In this document: positions 11,160 to 23,267 of the stretch, one piece after another
How the letters are laid out: every line of letters begins with the position of its first letter
Position numbering within the stretch: position 1 is the first letter of the stretch
Assembly: GCA_001643675.2 (NCBI GenBank)
Contig: LSRY02000011.1
Location: 1,054,001-1,118,000 of the forward strand
Source of the DNA: Monocercomonoides exilis PA203
Taxonomy: Eukaryota > Protista > Preaxostyla
DNA length: 64,000 bases
Direction of reading: 5' to 3'
Program-made: the position numbers and the translations under genes
Notes under the pieces: generated by a model
The model's input: the letters and a program-made list of their open reading frames with translations, nothing else
Databases searched by the model: none
What the model was told of the DNA's origin: nothing

Positions 11160-12660
11160 ATGAGTGCTGTGAAAAATAGTACAGAACAAGGATTAATAAA
11201 TATTAGAAATCAAATGATGTCATTTGGTTATAGGCAAATAGAAAATTGTTCTGAGCGAATTGCTCAGATTGTCATGGATAAGAAGGCAATGATAGTTTAT
11301 GTTGTGAATCAACATGGGCTCAGCCGTTTTGTTATTAACAGAGCGAACACAACTTTGGAAAACTGAAGATAAGTCCACAAAATAGGTCACCTGGAGTTGT
11401 TAACAGACGAAGAAAAGAAAACAGTTGAGGATGTTATTTTCTGCGAAAGTTCAAGTGGAGTGAGCATTTCTGTTTCTCAAATGAAACACTTGGTTTGCTT
11501 ATTCATTCTTAAACAAATAAAAATTTATTGTTGTCTTATTTAAGATGGAATCTGTTATTTCTGATAGACAAAAAAAAAACTATTTGAAGAAGAGAAAGAA
11601 GAAGTTGAAATTTCTAAGTCATCGCCCTGCTCATTCATAAAAAGGAATCCACACCTTAAAGTATCTCTTCCACTTAACGTCGACATTCAACGATTAGCTG
11701 TGTCAAACAAACAAACTCTCCAGCCTTTATATGAACTTCTTCAACATCTTCATAACAACAACAAGTATTCTTCTTCGTTGATACTCAACACCGACGAATT
11801 TTCCCTTCCACTTCTCAGATTCCACTTTAAAGCTTGCTAATCATCCTTCCGATTCACCAGCTGGATTTAACAAAACGCCCATGAACATGCAAAACGCCAC
11901 GTTGTGCGTTGCAGCTTCTGCATAAGGTTATTCTTTTTTAAGTATCGTTTTAATGCCTTCAAAGAAGATTCCAGCCTAACTGCGTGTGATGCTCAACTCA
12001 ACAATAAATATCTGGGAAGATAACGATGGCTGGATGACCGACGCAATATTCAGAAGATACGCAGAAGATGTTCTCCCTTAAGGAATCGTAGAAAGACGAA
12101 CTCTTTTGAACAAAGATGAAGAAAGATGCCTTCTCCTGCTGGACTCTCATCCGTCAAGGGTCCAGTCCGATATTTTACAAATATTTCCAAATTCCTCTAT
12201 CGACATTGTAACATTCCTCTCTCATAGCACACATTTCACTCAGCCTCTCGACCGAGGAGTATTTGCCGTCTTCAAAAAATGTTTTTACACAAAATATGTC
12301 GTTCCTTCTTCTTCATCTGTCTCTCTTCGAAGAAAAGCAATTGCAGATGCCCGTCCTCAGGCTCTGCAAACAGTATTATTGCCTGAAACAATTGTTTCTT
12401 CGTTTGTCAAAAGTGGAGTGTTATCAAACCAATGGCATGCTGTTCTATCCACTTTACCTGATGAGCCTTCTGTCACACTGAAGAAAAAGAACCATAGATT
12501 TGATTTTCATAGAAAAATAATTGCCGACCAAGATTTTTTGGATGAATGGAGAAATCAAAAGAAAATGAAAGAAGAGAAGATAATGAATGATGATAATGAA
12601 AAAACTGTGGAAAAAAAATTGTTAGAGGATGAAAAACCAAAGAAAAGAAAAAGTCCATGA
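11160..12660 (+). pseudogene. pogo/Tc5-like (DDE_1) transposase remnant
   Basis: Motifs LNTDE (~11783), GWMTDAIF (~12028), LLLLDSHPSR and HSTHFTQPLDRGVFAVFKK in ORF 12106-12660. In-frame stops upstream; possible intron ~11493-11544. Confidence 0.85.
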
Positions 12661-12827
12661 AAAAAGTGTTTTTTGATGATAATTCTGGAGATGAAAGAAA
12701 GCAAAAAAATTCCAGAATAAAAATCATGAGGGAGTTGATTGACAATATTTATTTCGAGTGAACTTCTTTTCCAGAAATAAACACGTTTTCGAGAAATATT
12801 TATTTTTTTATTTTTTCATTCACATAT

Positions 12828-13045
12828 GGGTAATTCTTTTTGAAAAATCGCAAATGTTTAATTTTCAAATAAATCAAAAATATCATATTTTGCTCAAATT
12901 TCTGTTAACATTCACTTAACTTTTCTAATATGAAATCTATTTCTGTATAAAACTATTTCACACATTCTTAAGAAGATTCGTGAGAGGAAACAGAAATTTG
13001 AGCAAAATATGGGTCATTCTTTTTGAAAAGTCGCAAACGTTTAAC
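12828..13045. mobile_element. Nested/rearranged fragments of a short ATAT-flanked MITE (full copy at 44791-44926)
   Basis: ATAT|GGGTAATTCTTTTTGAAAA at 12828 and ATAT|GGGTCATTCTTTTTGAAAAG at 13011. Segment ~12927-13011 is the reverse complement of ~44848-44931. Confidence 0.7.
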
Positions 13046-13819
13046 TGATCTGAAAATAAGATCAAAAATGATCAAAAAATAGTGATCATTCCGTTCCCAT
13101 CATTTATTGTCAAATATTTTATATTGTCAGTTTTTTCATCTTATCATAGAAAAACATTTCATAAATCTGATGTTAACATATCGAACGTTGATTATAAAAT
13201 AGAATTTTCTTTTGTTTGCTATAGCTTACGAGCTATTTGAATCAAATGTTAGATAAGTTTTAATTTCTTCAATTTCATTTCATTAGTTCGAATATTCGTT
13301 ATGAATTTATGGATGCTATCTAAGTTTTTATTATTTTCTTTTGTTGTGAACCAAACAAAATTAATTTGCTTGAATTCTTGAATTTTTTTTAAGAAATTTT
13401 TTAACAGGAAAGATTTATCAAAACTTCACTCGTAACAATCGAAAGTTATTCAAAAAGGAGGTGATAAAAAGCAATAATAAATATAATATAGGAAAATTGT
13501 GGAATGATACATTTTTTTTTCAAAATTAATCTCCATTTGCAACAAACTCAAAAATGTTATCTTTTCAAATATTAATATTTAAACAGTTTGCGTCAAACAA
13601 CTTGTTTTCATCTCGTTATGTGCCTTTTCCTTCTCCCTTTCAGTTTATACAGATGCATTATATAAAGATGTTCTGCTTCAATCTTTTCAAATTGAATAAA
13701 GAAAGCAGGCTTTTTCGGCTGTTCATCCATTTTGATGCGAATGTGGATGCTGTATGTGCTTCTATTGGAACTTATTGCTCACTTAATGGAGTATCTCTTA
13801 AAGTTTCTTATTGCTGAGG

Positions 13820-15020
13820 CAGTATAGCAGTCGTCTCTTCTTTCTGCACTTTCATCCTCTTCACCATCTTCAACTGAAGAAGCACGCTGATCAACTTCGC
13901 CATTCCGGAGGCGGAAAAGCGAAGAGAAGAAATCTTCAGAGAATGATGAGCCATCATCTTCATCTTCGTCATCAGCGCATGCGATTGACCCTTCGGATGC
14001 CTCGGAGGTTGCAGCGTAATACACATATGTAGTAGATATGGAAGATGTCGAGAGACGGCTGCGGATTTTGGTGCCTGAGGCAGCTGGGGTGTATGGGTGG
14101 AACATGCCTCTGTCGCTGCAGCTGCTGCTGTCGCCTCGGGCGCTGTGGGGATATGTTGTGGCTCGGCGGGCGGTACTGTATGGGGGTGTTGTTTGTGCAT
14201 ACGATGTGGCGCTTTCAGCGATGCTTTCGGCACCGCTGGTGGAGCCACTTCCGCCGCTTGCTGATTCGCTGGGCACGAATTCGGGGAGCAAGCGGATCTT
14301 TGCTGCTGTGGATGTGAATGTGTTCCCATCGATCTACGATCAGTTTGGCCCTTCAATGCAAATATGGCGATATCTGCAGTCGAGGTGTGTGGCGGTGAAG
14401 CTGGACGACGAAGTAATGGGTCGAGGGATTGCAGTGTGTGAAGTGGGAGAGATTGTGGAGAAAGGGTTGGATGCTGCGGGGCTGAGGATGGAAGATGTGG
14501 TTCTGCCTCCAGCAGCGATTGCGCTGGCTGTGCTGGAGGAGCGAGAAGAGGCAGAGGAAGGAGAAAGGGAAGGCAAAGAGGGAGAAGAAGAGGGAGAAGA
14601 AGATCGAGGGAAAGAGGGAGGTGATGGGAATGAGGAGAAAGGCGGGTATCCGACAGCGCACGGAGAGTTTGTGGAGAGAATCAAAGAGAACCAGGGGAAG
14701 CTGGAAGAAGCGATTGCGCCGCTGGTTGTGGAGGCGCTTGGGCTGAGTGGGCTGAGGTTTGTGAAGGCTGATGCTGAGGTGGGTGCAGACAAGCAGCATT
14801 CAGTTGAACCAGAAGTGTGCAGTTCTTCTCCGTCCAATGGCATTTAAAAAGGGAATAGGAGAGTTGAAGAAGAAGCAGCAGATGGGTCTTTGGGCATTAC
14901 TTCAGATGGAGAAAAGAAAGATGAGGTACAGGTGGAAATGTCGAAAAATGGTTTGGAGATGAATGAGAAACAAGACATATCCGATGAGAAAGCTGGGGAA
15001 GAAAGTTGTTTGTTTTGTTG
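13820..15020 (+). pseudogene. Host-gene fragment with premature stops, unknown product
   Basis: GC-richer coding-like sequence. The frame of ORF 14038-14847 continues upstream through TGA and TAA, and downstream past TAA at 14845 as acidic sequence (KGNRRVEEEAADG...EESCLFC*). Confidence 0.55.
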
Positions 15021-15099
15021 AAAAAAAAAAGAAGAGGACGACGAAAGGATAAAGAAGAAGAAAAGAAAAGGGGAGGAGAGGTCGAGCGAAGGCAGAAGA

Positions 15100-18000
15100 G
15101 CTGAAAACTCGTTGCTGTTTAATCTGGTGGCGGGCTGATGATCTGTGTGCCGATGCGAAAGGGGAGCGCGTGGATAATGAAGCGGTGCATTGCAGATGGG
15201 CAGTCGGTGACAATGCTGGACGAGCTGAAGATGCTGCAGCCAAGAAGTCGTGCAGCGTCGAGAATCAACGAACGGAAACACAGCAGAAGCACAACATCGA
15301 AGAAGCAGTCGTTTCTGGAGCTGTGCGAGATTCTGGTTCTATACGCAACAGTGGGGTGGCATGGATGAAGCACACGATTGTAGAAGACTTGGCAGACGAG
15401 TTTTGTGCGCTTGTCAAACGTTTTATGTACAAAGCAGAGGAGCACGAGCCTGCTTGTGGTATTTTTATAACCAAGATGAGCTGATCCGCTATGCGAATGC
15501 GCACATTGAGATGAAGCCGCGGCTGCTGTGCTGTGGAGTGACAGCGTTGTTAGGTATTGCACATGGATGATTCAGTGAAGGTGAAGTTTTCAACTGAGAA
15601 GGGAATTGAAGCTTCACGGCAGAGCAGAGAAGGAGCTGGAGTAGGTGAAGGGAAGGAGATTCTGAGCAATTGTTCAGCGACACTATCAGTGCATGCGTTT
15701 GACTGTGTGTTTGATGGGGCGCCTGATGCGGATACGTAGCTGATATGGCTTGGTGAGTGAATGGAGGCAGAGGTGCAGAAGGATCGGTGCAGGATTCATT
15801 CAACACGTCAGACAAGAGGCTCGGTTCAGAAGAGGAGTTTATTTAGATAAGACAGTCGAATGCTGTGCAGATGATTGGTGAATACGGCTGTGATGCTTCG
15901 AACGCCATTTCTAACCGACCACGCTTTCTCAGCGGTTGTTCCTATGGATGCTTCCATGGCATTGAAGATGGCAGCAGAAGATCTTCATCACAATTTTGTT
16001 TCTTCTTCTTCTTCTTCTTCGTCAATTTCTATTTTTTGAGTGTCTGTTCCTTCAACACATCCTCCTCATCATCTCAAATATCTCATCTGTCACATTCCTC
16101 TTCTTCTCTCTCTTCATCGGCCTCAGCACATGCATCTCTGGAAGCACCTGCTTTTAACTGAATGTCAAATGCGTGTGTTCTGACAAGTCGCTCATAGATG
16201 TGCTTGTATCATTGGCTTTACGGTGTTTGTGCAGCTCCATCGACCGCCTCATCTCCTGATGCGAAGAAGAAGAGCACTTGTGCGAAGAATGGGAAGAGTG
16301 TGACGAAGGCATTGGTGGAGGTACATCATCAAGAGGAGAGGTGGATTTGAACAGACGAGGAGGCGAATAGAAGAAGCGCTTCTGCGACGAGGTGTGTGAA
16401 GATAAAGAGTATGTTCCAATGAGAAGCGGTGGGGCATCAGCAGTGGAGAAGGAAAGAGGAGCAGACAGAGCTGATGAAAGAGATGAGGAGGAAGTGGTGG
16501 AGATGATAACAGACGAAGTGACTGCAGCTGGCAAGTTTGATGAGGTTGTTGGGGCTGCAACAGCAGCAGATTGTTGGAGGCTTTCTGGCTGAGCCAAATG
16601 AGACTGACGCGAGGGAGAGCTCGCCTGTGTGATTGACTACTGCGATGTGGCTGAGGAAGTGCGGGTGTGGAGAGAGTTCGTGTTCAAAGAGGAAGACAAT
16701 GATTGAGATTGAGATTGAGACTGAGACTGAGATAAAGGCTGAGGTTGTCGTGTGAGTGCAGTGCCAGGCGAGGTAGATGCAGACATCTGCTGGATGGGCC
16801 GAGAGAAGGAAAGAAGAGCAGAGAAACAGGAGGAAGCGAAAGATGTTGGAGAAGTCAGAGAGGCCAAGGAAGAAGAAGCAGAGGAAGATAAAGGTGGAAG
16901 GGAAAAAGACTACGACGAAGAAGAAGAAGATGATGATGCAATGGACGCAGTTGAAGATCCCCCAAGCACAATCGTCGGAGCCAACAGTGATGCAGACACA
17001 GAATACGATGTGTCATCAAAGAAAGAGTGAAGCGTGGCTAACGCAAAAGTGGTAGAAAATGGAGTGTTTGAGGTGCTTATTTCAAAGCGGAATGCTGTTA
17101 ATGAGTGTGTCCGTGCTATTGACGTGGTTGTTTGAGTGATGGAGGGTACAAGGAAGATGGGGGAAGTGGATGAGACAGAGGCAAAGGCGGAAACTGTCAA
17201 TGAAGATGAAGTAGATATTGAAGAAGTAGTAGAGGAAGAGGAAGAAGAAGGGGAGGAGGAGGAGGAAGACGCTAAATTTCCAAGTGGCATTTGAGTTGAT
17301 TGAGTTCCAAGTGTCAGATTTATCGATCCTTTCGTCTTGTTTGTCGATATCACACTGAGCGCAGAGTTCACGGACTGCAACTGGATATTTTCTCCTCCTT
17401 TTCCGGTTGGAGTGATTGAAGATTCATTCACTGTTTGTATTGTTATGCGAGTGGGAGTGGGGGACACAGGAATTAGTGTCTTGTTGGGCTGCCTGGGTGA
17501 CTGCAGCTGAGTATTCGAAGCAGAAGAGGTCTGAGAGGAAGAAGTGGAATTATTCGAACCATTATTTACAGAGTTTGCATTCTGAGCTGTTTGGAGTATT
17601 TTTCCCGTCTGCACAACCAGCCTCACGTCATCGAATGTCTGCTGTGTTTGTGTCTGAACAGGCCTCTTCTCGGAAGTGCTGAATGAAGCAGAGGCAGAAG
17701 AGAAGCGGTTGACAGATGCAGACGACAAAAGCTAACTCGAATTCCAGCGGGTCGGAACAGAAGACGGCTGCAAAGGAACTCGGGGCAGAGAAGAAGGGTT
17801 GATTGGGGATATGTATTGCATCAGCTTCAATGGAGAACAAGAAAGAGTTTGAGTCTTGTTAAGCACTTCAGCATGGGAAGAGGCAGAGTGGGAGGAGAAG
17901 TTGGATGTTGAAGAGGAAGAGGAAAAAGACGATGATGAATTTGGATAAGGAGGAGGAAGAGGAGAAGAAGGAGAATGAGAAGAGAAAGAAGAAAAAGAAG

Positions 18001-18900
18001 AAGAATAAAATGAATGAGAACGAGAAGAAGAAGAAGAAGAAACAAAAGAAAATGAAGAAGAAGAAGATGATGATGATGAAGAAACAGAAGAAGAAGAAGA
18101 AGAAGAAGAGGAAGAGGAAGGAATAGGAAAGAGAGGAAACAAGGGCTGGAGTTGAATGGCTTGGGGAAACGAATGGAGATAAAGCATTAGGTTGTGCAGG
18201 AGTTTTTGTATGTTGTGAGCGAAGAGTGGGAGGTGAATAAGGAAGGGCGGAAGGCGATGAAGTATGTGGAGTAAGAGAAGATGCATGAGGTGTGGACGTA
18301 TGCATGTGATGTGGTGATGATGAGAACGAAAGCTTCGCAGAGGTCCGCAGAGGTGCTGATGCAAGCGACTGGATCGAGCGCGCTGTAAAGTGGCAGCGCA
18401 AAAAGTCCATAAAGTATTGCACTGAAGTGTGATGAAACTCTTCCGCAGTTTTGGGCGTTATACTTCTTGCTGAGAAAAGCGTTTGTTCTATATCCAGTGC
18501 ATTTGATGATTCTATAGTCGAATGTGTGTTGCAGCTGAGAGTGAGGGCTCATGGTGGGGTGAAAGCAGAAGGGAGGGTGCTGGAGGCAGAGTGTGGAGAC
18601 AGGAAGAATATGTCGCAGGATGCGAAGAAAAAAGTGCTTCTTGAGTTTCTGGAGAAAAAGAATCTGCAAAGAGTAGAAGTGGATTTGTTGATGATTATAT
18701 GGTAGTTAAAGGAGAAAAGTGTATCTGAACTTGTGGTTTTGATACTGTAGGCTGTATGTGGGACGGTGCTGTGGTGCTAATGCATGAGATAACAATGGTG
18801 AAAGGGATGCAAGTGTATTGAAGTTTCGCTATCAGATCAATGTGCATATTTTTGTGTTTGGAATAGAAGAAGAAGAGTAGTAGGATGAGGAGGAAGAAGA
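15100..18900 (-). pseudogene. Disrupted Ser/Thr/Pro-rich low-complexity gene
   Basis: Chain of minus-strand Ser-rich ORFs (17868-18422, 17732-18364, 16910-17728, 16637-16867, 16154-16597). 17732-18364 and 16910-17728 are in frame across a single TAG; frameshifts fall in (TTC)n tracts. Confidence 0.55.
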
Positions 18901-18929
18901 GATGATGATGAAGAGACATTGAAAATGGA

Positions 18930-19625
18930 GTGAAGAGGAAGTGAAGATGAAAGAGAGAAGATAAGTTTTGATAATTCTGTTTCAGTACCTGCTGTTATCA
19001 TCGCTGAAATGGATGTTGAACTTGAATCAGAGACTGTCCAGCCACTTTGGTCATCGTTTCCTCTGATTTCATGCTTTTGATCAGAGAAGGCCAATTCATC
19101 GCCCATTGAAATCATTCCATTCACGACAACTTTCTTTGTTCCTGTCAACCTTGTGAGTGAGTGCTTCAAAGTTAAACAAGGGAATTGGACAATTCCGCAA
19201 TGAGAATGGTCAGATGCCTCGGTGTTGCTCACATGAATTTCTTCTGGAGTGGGAAGGAGATAGATGCACAGAGGAATGGCCACACTGTTGTTTCCATTGT
19301 CATATCCTCGAACCTTCTCAAGAGAATCCAATGAATCTGTCACACTTGTGATGTTTTCTGATTTAACAGTTTCTTCCAGATTTGGTGAAATGACAAAGAT
19401 ATCATTTCACCACTTTTCTGTGTTCGCACCAAATGAGGAAGAAATAAGGAAATCTGGTTTTTCATTCAATAATCGAAGAAAAATTCTTCACCCCCAGGCC
19501 ATCTGTTGCTGAACAAAAGCATCCATCAAAATTGTAGCCTTTCACTTTCACTTCGTTCGCTTCTCCTGCACATAGCATTGCTGATCCTCCGTTGGCTGAT
19601 TTTGTGCTTCCGCATCTGATATTGC
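18930..19625 (-). pseudogene. Internal fragment of a giant Cys-rich beta-helix-repeat surface protein (same repeat module as 33806-41950)
   Basis: SLEKVRGYD..VAIPLCIYL...HVSNTEASDHSHCGIVQFPCLTLKH matches the module LDELCGW..YVIPLVMYL...GKDFSGCGYSEAPCSSIDH. Frameshift near 19490. Confidence 0.75.
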
Positions 19626-20049
19626 TCCAGAATTCTGATCTTTATTTGTATTGTTATTGAAAAGACAATTGTTGGCTATCAACTGTTGACTATTCAATTC
19701 AAAAAACATGATTGAATAATAAATTAATAAAAAAAAAATATATTTGTTAAAATAAAATGAAAACCAGTAAATTTATCATAATTTCAGATGCATCGAATAT
19801 GTGTGTTCAGTTTTTGCATTTATGTCAAGTTCATGTACACAATGTTAATGGAAAATTCAATTCAAAGAAAAAATTGAATTAACAACGAAAAACAAGTTTG
19901 CAAGGAAAAAGAATCGAAACATACCTTGCACATTTCATTTAAAAACAATTGCAAAGTAGTTCAATCAAGTGAAACACTTTTTCATGGAAAAACTGATATT
20001 TAAATTTTGATCAAAATTTTTGATATATAATTTTTTATGAAAACGTATT

Positions 20050-20815
20050 TCTTCTCATAAAGAAGTTTGTTATGAACCAACAAACATCACTGTGAATATT
20101 CGTTATTATCATTTGAATAATGGAAACGGAGTGTTTTTGAATTAACTTTCATGGGACAAATTTTTGATCTACAGCGACTTTTCAAAAAGAATGACCCATA
20201 TAAACTAATACCGAGAAAAAAAAACCACCCAAATGAAGAAAGAAGGATTTGATGTGAATTTTCGGAGGAGTTGAAAAGAATGAAGGAGGAGGAACTGGAA
20301 CAAATTTTGTTATCATCGTGCCAGACAGGAAAAAAGAAACATTGATCCCTATTATTCAAGAAAGGATATTAGCAGGCACAACAATTATTAGTGATGAATG
20401 GAAAAGCTATAATTGTCTGAAAGATATTGGTTATGAACATATTACGGTCTGTCACATAATGAATTTGAAAGATTTTATAACATGTGCATGTACCAATACC
20501 GTTGAATGGTTGTGAAGTAATTTTTGAACGTTTTTACCAAAGCATGGCGTAAGAAAAAACATTTATTGCAGACTGCTTGTACATGTGGCTTGTTAAAAGG
20601 AATATAAATCCAAGCTTTGCTGATATTTTGCAAAAATTGAACATTTTATTCCATAGGAAAAATCCATTAGTGCGGATAAATAAATTGATTTTTCAGAAAA
20701 TGAAGAAATTCCGGATACTGATGATATTCTGCATGGACTGCGTGATGACACAAAAGAAGAAGATTCAAGTTGCGTTGATGACGAAGAGGATGCTTCTAAT
20801 TATTCTGATGAATAA
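20050..20815 (+). pseudogene. Decayed ISXO2-like (IS1595/Merlin) transposase
   Basis: *IFGGVEK...VPDRKKETLIPIIQERILAGTTIISDEWKSYNCL..IGYEHITVCH...CTNTVEWL*, a canonical ISXO2 core with stops. Confidence 0.88.
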
Positions 20816-21082
20816 GCAGAAATATTCATTTGATCAGTTTTTGTGAAATTCTATTGACAAGTTATTTTTTAACGTTATCCTTCAACTTTTTCAAACATTT
20901 CTATGCTTTATTTACATGAAAGAAATCAATAGAAACATGAATAATCATAATTTGAAAGTTCCGATATTCTTTTAATTTGCCTCTGAAATAATTAACATAA
21001 AACAATGATATTCCCCAGTTTTAATGAAGTGAATAAAACAATTATCTTTTCGAGAATTTTTATATTATAACAGATCGAGATA

Positions 21083-23140
21083 ATGACAACTGCTCGATTG
21101 TCTCAAGTAAGCACAGGTGACACAGTTGCAGATTTGAAATCTCAATTGAGAGCTCAAGAAGATGAGCTCATTCAAATGAGGAACGAAGCTATTGAACGAG
21201 TGTGCTTAATGAAGAATATTTTCAGAAAATATTTTTTTATCACTTTTGAAAGGCTCATCTTGAAAAAAAGTTGACAGTGCTTCAAGCTGTGAGAGAGAAG
21301 GAGAGAAGCAGATTTATGGTATATATATTTGGGAAGAGTTTTAATTTTAGTTTTATTCATTAAAATAAAGGAAGAAATTTACGAACTTAGAAGCAGACTT
21401 TCACACGAACAGGTGAAGTATGAAATCCTTATAAATTTTATTAATTTGCAATCAAAATACTTATCTACACATTTTCTTGCTTTTATTGAAAGTAAAAAAT
21501 TTTTGATTCAATCAAAAATTTCAGACTCCACAAAACGGCCTTCACAAGCCGAAGGTGATGTTTGCTTTTTAAAGTTTTTCCATCTCTTTCTTTCTTTCAT
21601 TTATTATTTTATTATTTTATTTATTTATAAATATACAACAATTCTTTAAAGCTATCTCAGACAATAAATTCATTGACAAAAGAAAATCAAAAACTCCTTC
21701 GAGAGCTTGAATATCAAGGAGACAATGCAGATCTTCTCATTCGAGAAAATAATCGTTTGAGCAAAGTTGTATCATCACTTCAAGTTGAATGCTCTCTACA
21801 GAAGACTGCAATCGAAGAACTGTCAAGAAAATGCAAGGTTAAAGACAAAGTTATAGAATTGTTAAGGAAAGACGAAAAGGAAAGCAAAGATCGAGCAGAT
21901 TATTCCACATTATCTGTGACCAGGACAGACGGAGCAGGAGGAGCAACAGAATTTGGGGTTTCATCTTTTTCAGGTGGAACAAGTCGTTCTCCGTCTCGAA
22001 CTCCAATGTCAAGACACATTGACTTAAGTCCGATGCAAACACCCCAATTTATTCCAGATACGGACAATGTCATAGAAGTATGCAACATTTATGATTTTAC
22101 ATCATGAGTGCGCATTTTCGAATATACATCAAAAACAATTATTCCGATTTTTATATTTAATAATTAATAATTTATTCTTTTTGATGAAATGTGCTCTTTG
22201 TTCTTTGCTTATCATGCTCAATTTTTGAAATTATGTATTTGACTGAATAGCGTGGAGGAGTGCTTACAATGTCTCAATTGGTCTCATCTCCAAATGTTTT
22301 AAAGACTCCTGCTATCAAAGAGGAGTCAGATGAAGCTAAAGGTAATTTTTTTTTCTTCATTTGTTTCGTTTTCTTTTTCTGCAGAAACAGAAGCTCAATT
22401 TCTTTTAATACACACTTTTAATAATATTGAATTGATATTTGCATATTTTCATTGTTAAATTTTTTATGTCCGTAATTATCTTTTGCTTCTTTGAATAATA
22501 TGAATCTGTTATTATTATTAATGCTTTCGTATATCCATTTCATTATATTCTACAAGCAGCTTCATCTTCTTCTCAACCGTCTTCTGATGCAACTGACGAA
22601 TCCCATCTGACTGATTACTTAGACGACTCCTCTTCTTCTAATTATGTGCAAAAGGAGAAAATGAAAGAGAAAAAGCGTTTATTGCTGAAGGAGATTGAAG
22701 AAGTGTGGGAGAAGATGCTGGAAATAGATCTGAATGACATCAGAGAAGCACTCCACAAAATAGGGCAGACTATCAAAGTGAGCGAATTGAAAGCAGAAGG
22801 AGAGTCACCCGAGACTCTCTTTACGTCAGCAGTCGATCGAATTAATGAAAAAGCGAAGGATTTTGATCAGCTTTCGTCTCAAGTATATCGTGTTATAGAA
22901 CTACTAAATGAGGAAGTGGAACTTGAAGGGAAAAAAGAGGAAGAGAGGAGGAAAATGACGAATGAAATTGTTGACTTGGATAGAAAAGATAAAAGCAGAA
23001 AACTCGATTCACTTGAAACTCCTGTGAAATCTCAAACAAACTTGTCCACTTCAAAAAGTCAAACCTCTTCATCTTCTTCTAACCAAAAATTAAGTAGTGG
23101 CAAAGCTCAGCCTTCATTTGCCGCATACTCACCTTCTTGA
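21083..23140 (+). CDS. Multi-exon coiled-coil protein, unknown function
   Basis: Coding-like blocks (from 21083, ~21650-22077, ~22251-22340, ~22560-23140) separated by AT-rich GT...AG segments; heptad-rich translation. Exon borders approximate. Confidence 0.7.
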
Positions 23141-23267
23141 TTTGAAGGCAATACAATATTTTTCACTTCAAAAAGTATTTACAAATATTTTTTTTGTTTA
23201 TTTTGATCCAATACCCCAATTTTTCTTTTCAAAATACCTTTGAATATTTGCGCTATTTTCGCGCAAA

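Noticed and set aside
17868-18126. Poly-Phe and poly-Lys ORFs
   Set aside because: Alternative-frame readings of a (TTC/GAA)n microsatellite.
13820-18900. In-frame TAA/TAG suggesting the TAR=Gln code known from some oxymonads
   Set aside because: Intact ORFs of 1000-2700 codons contain no TAA/TAG, NME7 ends in TAA at its conserved C-terminus, and this region also has TGA stops and frameshifts. Pseudogenisation explains it better.
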